Origin: a virus
Taxonomy: Duplodnaviria > Caudoviricetes
Direction: 5' to 3' (one strand)
IMG/VR virus record: IMGVR_UViG_3300034128_000015
Coordinates: 1-58,048 of that record
Length of the DNA stretch: 58,048 nt
Part shown: positions 18,877 through 29,292 of the stretch, one piece after another
How the letters are laid out: each line of letters begins with the position of its first letter
How positions within the stretch are numbered: position 1 is the stretch's first letter
Made by a program: the position numbers and the translations under genes
The notes under the pieces: generated by a model
The model's database searches: none
Told to the model about the DNA's origin: nothing
Seen by the model: the letters and a program-made list of their open reading frames with translations, nothing else

Positions 18877-20901
18877 ATGACCACGGAATTTCCTGACGGT
18901 GACCGTGCGTACCGTGAGGCGTATTTCCGTGGGCTACGACCCGATCCGGACCTCTGGATCGACGAGTGGGCCGACGAATACATGCGCATCCCACGGGACA
19001 CCGGCGCCCCTGAGCCTGGTAAGTACCGCACCGAACGGACGCCATACGCTCGCGAGCCCATGCGCTGCCTGTCACCGGCTCACCCTTGTCGGCGAGTGGT
19101 CACCATGGTGGCTTCGCAGCTGATGAAAACGCAGATCGCCTTGAACTGGATGGGCGGCCTTATCCACATGGCACCGTCGAACATTCTGGCGCTGCTACCC
19201 AGCCTGGGCCTGTCCAAGCGAGTTTCCGGGCGTATCAGCAAGACGATCAAAGCAACCCCAGAACTGGCGAAGCGAGTAGCGGCCAGCCGTTCGCGGGACG
19301 CACGCAATACCATGGACACCAAGGAGTTCGAGGGCGGTTCCCTGTACGTCACGACGGCCGGCTCTGCAGCCAACCTGTCTGAGCTTTCGGCGCGTTACAT
19401 CTACGGCGATGAGGTCGACCGCTGGGAAAATGATGTCGGCCAGGAAGGTGATCCTATTGTGCTGGCGGAAACGCGGGCGACCAACTTTGGCCGAAACGCG
19501 AAGATCTACTTCTCCAGCTCGCCGACGATCAAGGGCGCCTCGCGGATCTCGGACCTGTTCGAGTCCAGCGACCAGCGTTACTACTACGTGCCATGCCCCT
19601 CCTGCGGGCACATGCAGGTGCTGGAATGGGAGCGGCTGCTCTACAGCAAGGACTACCGCACGGTTCACTACCAGTGCGCTGCGCCTGAATGTGACGTGCT
19701 GATCGAGGAACACCACAAGACTGACATGCTTGCCCGGGGCGAATGGCGTGCCCATGGCAGCGGCGATGGCAAGACGGTGGGCTTCCACCTCAACGCTCTG
19801 TACTCGCCGATTGGCTGGAAGGATTGGCCCTCACTGGCCGAGGAGTTCGAAGACGCCAAGAAGGCCCAGTCCAAAGGCGACATGGGACTGATGCAGGTGT
19901 TCTACAACACCCGTCTCGCCAAGGTTTGGGACAGCGCGCAAGAGCAGACCAAGGCCGAAGTGCTGGTCGCTCGGGCACGGCTGGAGACCTACACCCTCGG
20001 AAGCATGCCGGTGGGCGTCCTGATGCTGACTGGCGCTGTCGATGTCCAGGCCAATCGCCTGGAGCTGATGGTGATGGGCTTCGGCGTTGGGATGGAACGT
20101 TGGGTGGTCGACCACCAGGTGATATGGGGCGACCCTGCAGATGAGCGCATCTGGGCGGTGTTGGACGAAAAGCTCAAGGTTCGATACCGGCATCCCTGCG
20201 GCGTTGCCTTGGCGATCCTGGCGACTGGCGTTGACTCCGGCGGTCACCACACCGACGAGGTGTACCAGTTCTGCCGTGTGAGGCGCTGGCGCAACATCTT
20301 CGCCATCAAGGGCGCGAGCAAGCCCGGCAAACCGGTGATTGCTCAGCGGCCTTCCATGGTCGACGTGACATGGAAGGGCCAGACCGAACGCGGCGGCGCA
20401 GAGCTGTGGTTTGTCGGTACCGATACCGCGAAGGACTGGATCTACAACCGCTACGCCTTCGAGGACGGCCCTGGTTCGCTGCACTTTGCCAACGACTTAC
20501 CGGACGAATTTTTCGCTCAGTGCGTTGCCGAGCGCAAGGTTGCCCGATACGTCAAAGGCTACAAGCGTATCGAGTGGGTCAAGGGCAAGGCTGAGCGCAA
20601 CGAAGCGCTCGACCTGATGGTGTACTGCCTGGCGATGGCACATTACCTCGGCATCAACCGGTACCAGGAACACGACTGGGAGCGGGTACGCCAAGCGCTG
20701 GCTCAGTCCGGATTGTTCGACGATGTGTTGGGCGTCAAGCCTGTGCAAGGCGAGCGCGTCGACGTTGAAGAAGCACCGGCACCGGTTGCTGCGCGTCAGT
20801 CGCTTCCAGCACCGCCACTTGCTGCCCCAGTCGCCCGACCGCGACCCGCCGCACCCCCACAACGCCGCAGTTCCACCAGCGGTTATCTGAAGAGACGCTG
20901 A
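18877..20901 (+). CDS. Terminase large subunit (gpA family)
   Basis: SQLMKT, GDEVD, SSPT, CPSC, VDSGG. Confidence 0.95.
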   Translation: MTTEFPDGDRAYREAYFRGLRPDPDLWIDEWADEYMRIPRDTGAPEPGKYRTERTPYAREPMRCLSPAHPCRRVVTMVASQLMKTQIALNWMGGLIHMAPSNILALLPSLGLSKRVSGRISKTIKATPELAKRVAASRSRDARNTMDTKEFEGGSLYVTTAGSAANLSELSARYIYGDEVDRWENDVGQEGDPIVLAETRATNFGRNAKIYFSSSPTIKGASRISDLFESSDQRYYYVPCPSCGHMQVLEWERLLYSKDYRTVHYQCAAPECDVLIEEHHKTDMLARGEWRAHGSGDGKTVGFHLNALYSPIGWKDWPSLAEEFEDAKKAQSKGDMGLMQVFYNTRLAKVWDSAQEQTKAEVLVARARLETYTLGSMPVGVLMLTGAVDVQANRLELMVMGFGVGMERWVVDHQVIWGDPADERIWAVLDEKLKVRYRHPCGVALAILATGVDSGGHHTDEVYQFCRVRRWRNIFAIKGASKPGKPVIAQRPSMVDVTWKGQTERGGAELWFVGTDTAKDWIYNRYAFEDGPGSLHFANDLPDEFFAQCVAERKVARYVKGYKRIEWVKGKAERNEALDLMVYCLAMAHYLGINRYQEHDWERVRQALAQSGLFDDVLGVKPVQGERVDVEEAPAPVAARQSLPAPPLAAPVARPRPAAPPQRRSSTSGYLKRR

Positions 20902-20902
20902 T

Positions 20903-21109
20903 ATGTCGTTTACCCCGAAGCACCTCGAAGCCATCGAGCGCGCCATCGCACGCGGTGAAAAGACCGTGCGCTACAGCGACCGCACGGTGGAGTACCGCTC
21001 CATCGACGAACTGCTCAAGGCCCGCGACGAGATCCGCACGTCGCTGACCAACGCTGCCGGGCCGCGCTCTCGTGTGGTTCGGCTTACCCACGGAGGCAAG
21101 GGACTCTAA
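20903..21109 (+). CDS. Head-tail joining protein (gpW-like)
   Basis: V.Y.DR.VEYRSI.EL. Confidence 0.85.
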   Translation: MSFTPKHLEAIERAIARGEKTVRYSDRTVEYRSIDELLKARDEIRTSLTNAAGPRSRVVRLTHGGKGL

Positions 21110-22590
21110 TGGCCCGACATTATCCGACGCTGACCCGTAACGGATTCTTGCTGCCGTCGAACATCAAGGCCAGTTACGAAGGCGCCGGGGAGGGCAGGCG
21201 TTCGGCCAGTTGGGAAGCCACCGACGACGGCATCAACAGTATCAACACCCCGGCACTGCGCAATCTGCGCGCTCGTTCGCGGGCGGCGGTGCGCAATGAC
21301 CCGTATGCCTTCAATGTCATCGACAAGCGCGTCAGCAACCTGATCGGCACCGGCATCACGCCCAGGCCGACCACGGATGACGCGGCACTGCGCAAGCTGA
21401 AGCAGCAATTGTGGGACGACTGGGTGGATGAGGCGGACGCTGATGAGTTGACCGACTTCTACGGCATGCAGGCGCTGGTGGCGCGCACCGTAGAAACTGC
21501 AGGGGAATGCTTCGTCCGATTGCGGCCACGCAGCCAGAGCGAAGGTTTGGCGGTCCCGCTGCAGCTACAGGCGCTGGCGCCTGAGTTTGTGCCGCACGAC
21601 AAGTTCGAGACGGCCAAAAACGGCAACGTCATCCGCGCCGGTATCGAGTTCAATCCGGCCGGCAAGCGTGTGGCGTATTGGATGTACCTCTCGCACCCAC
21701 GCGATTCGTCGTCGTTGAACGCGGGCTACAACCAGTTGGTACGTGTGCCGGCGGCTCAGGTGCTGCATATCTTCGAACCGATGGAGCCAGGGCAACTGCG
21801 CGGCGTGCCGCGTCTGGCGCCGGTATTGAAGCGCCTGCGCAGCCTGGACAACTACGATGACGCGGTGCTGTTCCGCCAGGAAGTGGCGAACCTGTTCGCA
21901 GGTTTCATCAAGCGACCGGCGCCGGACACCGGGCAACAGCCACGCGATCCCGTCACGGGGCAGTTGCTGGTCACCGACCGCGACGGCTTCACGCCGATGG
22001 TCGCCCTGGAGCCCGGCACGATGCAGGAGCTGGGACCAGGTGAAGAGGTGGAGTTCTCCAAACCACCGGACGCCGGCAACAACTACCCGGACTTTATGCG
22101 TCAGCAGTTGATGGCGGCAGCGGCGGGTTCGGGCACCCCCTACGAGATCCTCACCGGCGACATGCGGGAGGTCAACGACCGGGCGCTACGGGTAGTACTC
22201 AACGAGTTCCGTCGGCGCCTAGAACAACTGCAGTTCGGCGTGTATGTGCATCAGCTGTGCCGCCCGGTGCGGGCTGCATGGATGGACATGGCGGTGCTGT
22301 CCGGCGCCCTGGTGCTGCCGGACTACGCGCAACGTCGGCGCGAGTATCTGCGCACGCGTTGGGTACCGCAGGGTTGGGCCTACATCCAACCAGTGCAGGA
22401 CGTGCAAGCGCGGCGGATGGAAGTGCAAGCGGGCTTCGCCTCGCGCAGTGAGATGGTGCTGCGTACCGGCTATGACGCGGAAACGGTCGATACCGAAAAC
22501 GCTGCAGATCTCGTCAGGGCCACGGGCCTTGGCCTCAATTACACGACTCTTGAAGCCATCGAGGTGATCGATGACAAGGAACAACTATGA
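21109..22590 (+). CDS. Portal protein, lambda family
   Basis: YEGA, LRARSR..VRND, GQLRGVP. Confidence 0.93.
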   Translation: MARHYPTLTRNGFLLPSNIKASYEGAGEGRRSASWEATDDGINSINTPALRNLRARSRAAVRNDPYAFNVIDKRVSNLIGTGITPRPTTDDAALRKLKQQLWDDWVDEADADELTDFYGMQALVARTVETAGECFVRLRPRSQSEGLAVPLQLQALAPEFVPHDKFETAKNGNVIRAGIEFNPAGKRVAYWMYLSHPRDSSSLNAGYNQLVRVPAAQVLHIFEPMEPGQLRGVPRLAPVLKRLRSLDNYDDAVLFRQEVANLFAGFIKRPAPDTGQQPRDPVTGQLLVTDRDGFTPMVALEPGTMQELGPGEEVEFSKPPDAGNNYPDFMRQQLMAAAAGSGTPYEILTGDMREVNDRALRVVLNEFRRRLEQLQFGVYVHQLCRPVRAAWMDMAVLSGALVLPDYAQRRREYLRTRWVPQGWAYIQPVQDVQARRMEVQAGFASRSEMVLRTGYDAETVDTENAADLVRATGLGLNYTTLEAIEVIDDKEQL

Positions 22591-23717
22591 GCAAAAAAGC
22601 CAAGCCCCGCGTTTATGACAAGGCGGGCAAGCAGGTAAAGGTCGCCGATAAAAGCTGGTACACCTTCCAGGCCAGCGGCGAAGCCGAGCAACGCAGCATA
22701 GAGATCTTCGTGTACGGCGAGATCGGCGCCTGGGGCGTCACCGCCAATCAGTTTGTGCAGGATCTGCGCGCCATGGATGACGGCGTGTCCCCGGTGATTG
22801 CGGCGTTCAACAGCATCGGCGGCGAGTTGTTCGATGGCCTGGCGATCCACAACGCGCTTTCCCGGTTGGGCGAGCGCTGCACTGGCCGCATCGATGCGTT
22901 GGCTGCCAGCGCGGCCGGTGTCGCTGTGTGTGGTGCTCACAGGGTGGTGATCGCTGCAAACGCCATGCTGATGATCCACAACCCATGGACCTATGCGGCG
23001 GGTGACGCCGAGGATTTGCGTAAGGTAGCTGATGCGCTCGACCAGAGCCTGGAAGCGATCATCGCAGCTTACAAATCCAAGGCGCCTGACATCGACGAAG
23101 TTGAGCTGAGGCGCATGGTGAATGCCGAGACCTGGCTCACGGCCAACGAGGCGGTGGCGCTGGGCCTGGCAGACGAGGTGGGCGACGGCCTCAAAGTCAA
23201 AGCCTGTCTTGGCCAGGGCAGCGTGTTGCAGCGCTTCCAGCATGCGCCGCCTGAACTGCTCGCCCAGCTTGATGAAGAACCGGAAGTCGAGCCGCCGGAG
23301 CCTGATCCGGCGCCGGTAGTGGACTCGTCCAAACTGGCGCTGATGGTCACCCAAGGTTGTGCGGCGGCGGGCATCAATAACCTGGTGGATTCGTTACTTG
23401 CCACCACAAAGCTGGAAAGCGAAGCCGTGGTCCAGGCTGCGCTGACAAAGGCCAAAGCCCTCCACGGCCTTTGCGTCGCGGCGCGGCTCCCGGAGTTGAC
23501 TGCCGAATTCATCTCAGCGGGCCTGGACGAAGCCGCAGTCCGCGCGCGGTTATTCGACAAGCTAGTGGGCAGTGGCGGTGGCTTTGAAATCAACAACAGC
23601 CTGCCGCTGGACGATGACCCAGCCCCAACGATCAAGGCCAAACAGGTCGACACCCACGCAGTCTGGGCCGCCCGTCAGGTAGCACAGAACGGAACCTCGA
23701 AAGGAGTAAGAGCATGA
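22587..23717 (+). CDS. ClpP-type head maturation protease/scaffold
   Basis: NSIGG, AASAA, MIHNPW, ETWLTA.EA..LG.AD. Confidence 0.92.
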   Translation: MSKKAKPRVYDKAGKQVKVADKSWYTFQASGEAEQRSIEIFVYGEIGAWGVTANQFVQDLRAMDDGVSPVIAAFNSIGGELFDGLAIHNALSRLGERCTGRIDALAASAAGVAVCGAHRVVIAANAMLMIHNPWTYAAGDAEDLRKVADALDQSLEAIIAAYKSKAPDIDEVELRRMVNAETWLTANEAVALGLADEVGDGLKVKACLGQGSVLQRFQHAPPELLAQLDEEPEVEPPEPDPAPVVDSSKLALMVTQGCAAAGINNLVDSLLATTKLESEAVVQAALTKAKALHGLCVAARLPELTAEFISAGLDEAAVRARLFDKLVGSGGGFEINNSLPLDDDPAPTIKAKQVDTHAVWAARQVAQNGTSKGVRA

Positions 23718-24058
23718 CCATCAAACTGGAATCGATGCACGCGGGCGAGTTTCTGCTGTCCGAAGGCGCCGGCAATATTTCCCGTGAAGCGATCAACGTC
23801 GCCGCAGGGGCTGCCCTGGAGCCGGGTCAGATCCTCGGCCTGATTACGGTCAGCGGCGAGTTTGCGCCCTACCAGCCAACGGCCGAGGACGGCACTGAAA
23901 ATGCCATCGCGATTCTTTACGGGCCGCTGGGACAATCGGACGTCGTCCGGCGCGGTCGTGCGGTAGTGCGGCTGGCCGAGGTCAGCGAAGCGCATCTGAC
24001 GGGGCTTGATCCCGCCGCCGAAAAGGCTCTGGCCGCCCATTTCCTGATCGTCCGCTAA
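23714..24058 (+). CDS. Head decoration protein
   Basis: Position before capsid; G.ILG...DGTE.A.AIL. Confidence 0.82.
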   Translation: MTIKLESMHAGEFLLSEGAGNISREAINVAAGAALEPGQILGLITVSGEFAPYQPTAEDGTENAIAILYGPLGQSDVVRRGRAVVRLAEVSEAHLTGLDPAAEKALAAHFLIVR

Positions 24059-24121
24059 GACGCTCCCCCTATTTATCCATCCCGCCGAGTGCGGGATTTT
24101 TCGTTTCTGGAGAGTACCCCC

Positions 24122-25117
24122 ATGGCCGATATCGCCATTTTTGAAGACGATGCGTTCAGCGTCTCCTCGCTGACCGCTGCAATCAATGAACAGGAATACC
24201 TGCCGGGCCGCATCAGTAGCTTGGGTCTGTTTCGCGAAGAGGGCATCAGCACGATCACCGTGCAGATCGAGAAGGACGGTGACACGCTGGCCCTGGTGCC
24301 GGCGGGGGAGCGTGGCACCTCGGGCCTGGTGGTCGGCGGGACCAAACGTCAGTTGATCCCATTCAACACCGTGCACCTGCCGGAACGCTTCACCATCAAG
24401 GCCGATGAGATCCAGGGTATCCGCGCATTCGGCACTCGCACCGAGTTGCAGTCGGTGCAAGATGTGGTCAACAAACGCCTGGCGAAGGCTCGCCGCCAGT
24501 TGGATGCCACGCACGAATTCCAGCGCATGGGTGCCCTGAATGGGCAGATCCTGGACGCGGACGGCAAGACCTCGCTGCTGGATATCTACAAGACGTTTGG
24601 CGTCAATCGCAAAAAGCTGCCGATGGGCCTGGGCAACCCGGACACTGAGTTGCGTGTCCGTGCCGGTGAAGCTCTCGATATGCAAGAGGAAGCCCTTGGC
24701 AGTATCACCAGCACCGGTTCCCGCGCCTTCTGCGGCAAGAACTTCTGGAACAAGCTGATCGTTCACCGGTCGGTCAAAGAGACCTACCTCAACACTATGC
24801 AAGCCGCGTCCCTGCGTGGCGATGCCCGTGAAAGCTTCGAATTCGGCGGGATCGTCTGGGAGCGTTATCGTGGCAAGGTGGCCGGTGTTTCGTTCGTCCA
24901 CGACGACAAGGCCCTGTTGATCCCCGAAGGCGTCCCGGATCTGTACATCTCGTCCTTCGCACCGGCCGACTACATGGAAACGGTCAACACCCAGGGCATC
25001 CCGTACTACAGCAAGATCGAGCCGCTGCCGTTCAACAAGGGCGTGGCCGGTGAAGCCCAGTCCAACCCGTTGCACCTGTGCACGCGGCCCCTGGCGCAGA
25101 TCCTGCTGGAACTCTAA
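24122..25117 (+). CDS. Major capsid protein (gpE family)
   Basis: SLTAAIN, LFREEG, THEFQRMGAL, QSNPL...RP. Confidence 0.92.
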   Translation: MADIAIFEDDAFSVSSLTAAINEQEYLPGRISSLGLFREEGISTITVQIEKDGDTLALVPAGERGTSGLVVGGTKRQLIPFNTVHLPERFTIKADEIQGIRAFGTRTELQSVQDVVNKRLAKARRQLDATHEFQRMGALNGQILDADGKTSLLDIYKTFGVNRKKLPMGLGNPDTELRVRAGEALDMQEEALGSITSTGSRAFCGKNFWNKLIVHRSVKETYLNTMQAASLRGDARESFEFGGIVWERYRGKVAGVSFVHDDKALLIPEGVPDLYISSFAPADYMETVNTQGIPYYSKIEPLPFNKGVAGEAQSNPLHLCTRPLAQILLEL

Positions 25118-25119
25118 CC

Positions 25120-25440
25120 ATGGCCTTCCGCGATCTGATCGACGATATCGACGACGTGGTATTCGAGACCCTGGGCGACAGCGCCCAGATCGAAGGCCGC
25201 GCTGAGCCCGTGCTGGGCATGTTCGTGGCGCCGTGGAAGCAACCGCAGTTCGGCAAGGTCCACACCGGCTTACGCGAACCTCGCTTTGAGATCCGCGTGA
25301 AGGATTCAGACGGACTGAGCAAGGGGCTGCGGGTCACCATCGACCTACCGACCCTGGATGGCGGTGGCGATTACGACCTGCTGCAACTGGAGCCCGGCGG
25401 CGATGGCTTGGTTGCCCTGATCTTGAGGAAGCGACCATGA
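25120..25440 (+). CDS. Head-tail joining protein (gpFII-like)
   Basis: Position and size. Confidence 0.7.
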   Translation: MAFRDLIDDIDDVVFETLGDSAQIEGRAEPVLGMFVAPWKQPQFGKVHTGLREPRFEIRVKDSDGLSKGLRVTIDLPTLDGGGDYDLLQLEPGGDGLVALILRKRP

Positions 25441-26093
25441 GCGTCGGCAGCCATGTGCAGCAAAACCGCGACAGCGGGATGATCAACATCCTACCGTCGG
25501 AGGTGCATTCCCAGGCCTTGCGCGAGTTTGGCCAACTGGTGCCCAAGGCTGCGGCGGCGGCTCAGCGTCGAGCAATCAACAAGACGTTGGGCAGGCTGCG
25601 TACCCACATCGCTCGGGCGGTAGGCAAGCAGGAGCGGATCGCCATCGGCGCCGTCCGGCAACGCTTGCGGGCTTATCCGGTCAGTGGTGGGACGATGCGC
25701 GGCAAGTTGTGGTTTGGGGTCAACGCCATCGAGGCCAGCCGCATCGGACGGCCTCGGCAATCCCGCGCTGGTGTCTCGGTGGCGGGGCGGCGCTACCAGG
25801 GCGCGTTCTTCAAGCAGGTGTATGGCAGCAGTCCTGACATCTGGATCCGCACGTCGAGCAAGCACTTCAACGCCACGGATTACCCCGACAGCACGCAGGG
25901 GCGGCGCAGCTCTGGCTTCATTGCGGAAAGCGACAACCGTTTCCCCTTGGCGAAAGCCAAGGTCTCGCTGGAACAAGTGCGACCGCACTTCTACAGCTGG
26001 GTGAAGCGCGCCGATGAACTCTTGCTGGAGATCCTCAAGCAAGAACTCAACTTTGAATTGCAGAAATACCTCAAGGGGACCGCCCGTGTCTGA
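25437..26093 (+). CDS. Minor tail/neck protein (gpZ-like)
   Basis: RAINKT, Arg-rich. Confidence 0.7.
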   Translation: MSVGSHVQQNRDSGMINILPSEVHSQALREFGQLVPKAAAAAQRRAINKTLGRLRTHIARAVGKQERIAIGAVRQRLRAYPVSGGTMRGKLWFGVNAIEASRIGRPRQSRAGVSVAGRRYQGAFFKQVYGSSPDIWIRTSSKHFNATDYPDSTQGRRSSGFIAESDNRFPLAKAKVSLEQVRPHFYSWVKRADELLLEILKQELNFELQKYLKGTARV

Positions 26094-26604
26094 TCAGCCT
26101 TTCAGCCTCGACTGTCTGTATGACGCCATCGAGCAGCACCTGCAGGAGCAATTGCCAGGCATTCGGGGCGCGTCGTTCTGGCCGGATCTGTCGGCAGACA
26201 CCAGCATTCCTACGCCGGTGGTGTTACTGGAAATGGCCGAGATGGAACCGGCGCCGGATATCGGTACCGGTGAAACCTCGCTGACCTGCAAGTTCGAGGC
26301 GCGGATCATTGTCGATTCGATCAGCGCGGATCCGCAACGTCAGGCCGTGCAACTGGCCTCACAACTGGCGGTGCTTTTGCGAGGGCAGAACTGGGGCGTG
26401 GAGGTCGCTTGCGCGCAGTTCGTGCGCTCCACCCAGGACTGGACCAAGCCCGAACTGGATGGCTACTTCGTCTGGCTGGTGGAGTGGGATCAGACGGTTT
26501 ACCTGGGCGCTGAGGAATGGCCGTGGCCGGATGAGCCTCCGGGTTCGCTGGTCATCGACCTGGGGCCAGGCGTCGGGCCGGTGAGCCCCGAGGACATTCA
26601 GTGA
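26086..26604 (+). CDS. Tail completion/terminator-like protein
   Basis: Position; homologous to tailocin 52114 (LA.QL..L...WG, W.V...Q..YLG). Confidence 0.65.
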   Translation: MSDQPFSLDCLYDAIEQHLQEQLPGIRGASFWPDLSADTSIPTPVVLLEMAEMEPAPDIGTGETSLTCKFEARIIVDSISADPQRQAVQLASQLAVLLRGQNWGVEVACAQFVRSTQDWTKPELDGYFVWLVEWDQTVYLGAEEWPWPDEPPGSLVIDLGPGVGPVSPEDIQ

Positions 26605-27206
26605 GTTACGCCAGTGCGGAACATGACCGCATGATTGCCGCCATGCTGATGCCGTGCGTGGTGGTCGGTGTAGATCTCGCGGCGCCGGCGGTGCGGGTGT
26701 CCAACGGCGAATGGACCAGCGCTTGGGTGCGCTGGCACAGCCTGGCTGCCGGCAAGGCGCGGCACTGGCGGGCGCCAAGCCTGGGCGAGCAGGGGGTGTT
26801 GTTCAACCCCAGTGGCCAGGCGGGCATGGGCACGTTTATCCCTGGGCTGTACGGCAATGCCGGCGGCCCACCGGATAATCGCGATCATGTCGAGGTCTGG
26901 CGTTTTGATGATGGCGGCTCGCTGGTCTACGACTGGGCGGCCAAGACCTACACCATCACCCTGCCAACCGGTACCGTCACTATCAAAGTGGGCAGCACCG
27001 TTGTGACCGTTACGGATAACGCGGTGAATGCCACGGTGGGCGGTACCGAGTTCGACCTGGCTCCCGGTTGGGCGGCGATTAAATCGCCTCAGATAGCATT
27101 GATCGGTGCGGTAGAGATCGATGGCCCGTTACACGTAACGCAGAGCATCACCGGCGCCGCCGACATCCTGGCGGCCGGTAACAGCGACAACCACCACAAG
27201 CACTAA
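26601..27206 (+). CDS. Baseplate spike (gpV)
   Basis: PSLGEQ, C-terminal HHKH. Confidence 0.9.
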   Translation: MSYASAEHDRMIAAMLMPCVVVGVDLAAPAVRVSNGEWTSAWVRWHSLAAGKARHWRAPSLGEQGVLFNPSGQAGMGTFIPGLYGNAGGPPDNRDHVEVWRFDDGGSLVYDWAAKTYTITLPTGTVTIKVGSTVVTVTDNAVNATVGGTEFDLAPGWAAIKSPQIALIGAVEIDGPLHVTQSITGAADILAAGNSDNHHKH

Positions 27207-27259
27207 CCACATTCACCTACAGCCCGCCGCGTGCGGGCTTTTTCATGCCCGGAGAAATC

Positions 27260-27481
27260 ATGGCCAAGACCATCGAGAAGCCCGTAACAGAAGATCAGGC
27301 CCCGGCCGCGCAAGCGTCGCTGACGTTCCGCGATTTGGTCTACGCGTCGCGCACGCTGGTTGTGCCTGACACCGATCGTACTTACCCGGTGGCCAAGCAC
27401 CTGGTGGTGGTGCCGGAGTCCGACAAAGAGGCTGTGGCCTTCCTGAAGGCCAATAGCGAATACGCCGCCCAGGAGGGCTAA
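27260..27481 (+). CDS. Hypothetical protein
   Basis: GGAG RBS; within the tail operon. Confidence 0.6.
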   Translation: MAKTIEKPVTEDQAPAAQASLTFRDLVYASRTLVVPDTDRTYPVAKHLVVVPESDKEAVAFLKANSEYAAQEG

Positions 27482-27486
27482 GCCAG

Positions 27487-27813
27487 ATGATCGGAATGGA
27501 TCGCCACACCGGGCAGCCCATATCCGGCATCGAGCATTTGCGCCAGTCCATCGCCGATATCTTGGGCACACCCCTGGGCAGTCGCCGGCACCGGCCGGAG
27601 TACGGCAGCAAGTTGCGCTTGTTCGTTGACTTACCAATTAACGCCGGTTGGAAAAGTGCAGTGCAGGCGGAAGCAGCCAGAGCCTTGGGTCGATGGGAGC
27701 CACGTCTGAAGCTGGAGCGGGTGGCGGCCCTGTCTTTGCTAGACGGGAAAATTAATCTACGTGTTGCCGGCGAGTACCTGGGCGACAGCGTTGTCTGGGA
27801 GATAAGCGTATGA
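27487..27813 (+). CDS. Baseplate protein W/gp25
   Basis: HLRQSI.DIL.TP.GSR..RPEYGS, WEPR. Confidence 0.92.
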   Translation: MIGMDRHTGQPISGIEHLRQSIADILGTPLGSRRHRPEYGSKLRLFVDLPINAGWKSAVQAEAARALGRWEPRLKLERVAALSLLDGKINLRVAGEYLGDSVVWEISV

Positions 27814-28712
27814 GCATCGTGGATCTGTCGGCGCTGCCGGCGCCTGAGGTGCTGGAGCCGCTGGACTTTGAGGAGGTCTACGACGAAGGGCTGTCAGCGT
27901 TTCGCGACTACATGGGCGACAACTGGAACGCTGCACTCGAAAGCGATCCTGTTACCAAAGTGCTGGAGGTGGGGGCTTATAACAAGGTCGGTAACCGCGC
28001 CCGGGTTAACGATGCCTGCAAGGCGCTGCTGTTGGCTCACGCCATCAAGGGCGACCTCGATCAGTTGGGCGCAAACGTCAACCTTCAGCGCCTGGTGATT
28101 CAGCCCGAGAATCTGCTGGCGGTTCCGCCGGTGGCTGAAGTCCTTGAGGGTGATGACCCGTTTCGTGAGCGCATCCAGTTGGCCTATGAGGGGCTGACCA
28201 CGGCGGGACCGCGTAACAGCTACATCCTGCACGCGCGTAACGCGTCCGGCCTTGTGCTGGATGCCACGGCGGAAAGTCCGTCGCCGGCGGTCGTTATCGT
28301 AACGGTGCTGAGTACCGAAGGGGATGGGACGGCCACGTCGGAGTTGTTGGCCACGGTGGCTTTGGCCCTGAATGACGATGACGTGCGGCCACTGGGTGAC
28401 CGGGTAACAGCCCAGGGCGCCGAAATTCTGAATTACCGAATTGACGCAATCCTGCACATGAACAGCGCCGGACCAGAAGGTGACGCCGCCCTGGCTGAAG
28501 CCTCGAGCCGCCTCTCGAAATGGGTCAACCCCCGTAAACGTCTTGGCGTTGAGGTGGCCCGGTCTGCTGTGGACGCCCAGGTTCATGTTGCCGGCGTTTC
28601 GCGTGTCGAGCTGCCCGGGTGGGTCGACTTGGCCCCTACTAAAGCCCAGGCCGCGTACTGCACTGGTTACAGCGTGAGGTTGGCGGATGAAAAGCCTACT
28701 GCCCAGCAATAG
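27810..28712 (+). CDS. Baseplate protein J
   Basis: DLSALPAP, LESDP, TAGP, VRPLGD. Confidence 0.92.
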   Translation: MSIVDLSALPAPEVLEPLDFEEVYDEGLSAFRDYMGDNWNAALESDPVTKVLEVGAYNKVGNRARVNDACKALLLAHAIKGDLDQLGANVNLQRLVIQPENLLAVPPVAEVLEGDDPFRERIQLAYEGLTTAGPRNSYILHARNASGLVLDATAESPSPAVVIVTVLSTEGDGTATSELLATVALALNDDDVRPLGDRVTAQGAEILNYRIDAILHMNSAGPEGDAALAEASSRLSKWVNPRKRLGVEVARSAVDAQVHVAGVSRVELPGWVDLAPTKAQAAYCTGYSVRLADEKPTAQQ

Positions 28713-29292
28713 CACACAGCTAGAGCGGGCTATGGAGGCAGCGTTCTACGAAAAAACCATTGTTCCGTTGCGCACGCTCTACAACGCCGATACGTGTCCA
28801 GCCCATTTGCTGCTGCATCTGGCGTGGGCCTGGTCGGTCGACCGCTGGGATTACCGGTGGAGCGAGGCGACCAAGCGGGCCGCCATAAAGGCCTCGTATT
28901 ACATCCACAAGCACAAAGGCACGATTGGCGCATTGCGCCGCGTGGTCGAGCCGCTGGGTTACCTGATTGAGGTCATGGAGTGGTGGCAGACGGTGCCCGA
29001 GGGCGTGCCGGGCACGTTCGCGCTGAAGGTAGGCGTTCTGGACACCGGCATTACCGAGGAAATGTACGAAGAGCTGACCCGGCTCATTGATGACGCCAAA
29101 CCCGTCAGCCGGCATATGACTGGCCTGGCGATCAGCCTGGAAACCACCGGCTACATCGGCATCGGCGCCTGTGTAAGCGAGGGTGAAGTTATCGACGTTT
29201 ACCCGCCAACCCCCCGCGATATCGAAGTGACCGGCACCTATGGCCTGGTCATGTGTATTGATGAAATTGACACCCTGGACGTGTATCCATGA
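28687..29292 (+). CDS. Tail protein I
   Basis: LLPSNST.LE, LAWAWSVD, KGT. Confidence 0.92.
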   Translation: MKSLLPSNSTQLERAMEAAFYEKTIVPLRTLYNADTCPAHLLLHLAWAWSVDRWDYRWSEATKRAAIKASYYIHKHKGTIGALRRVVEPLGYLIEVMEWWQTVPEGVPGTFALKVGVLDTGITEEMYEELTRLIDDAKPVSRHMTGLAISLETTGYIGIGACVSEGEVIDVYPPTPRDIEVTGTYGLVMCIDEIDTLDVYP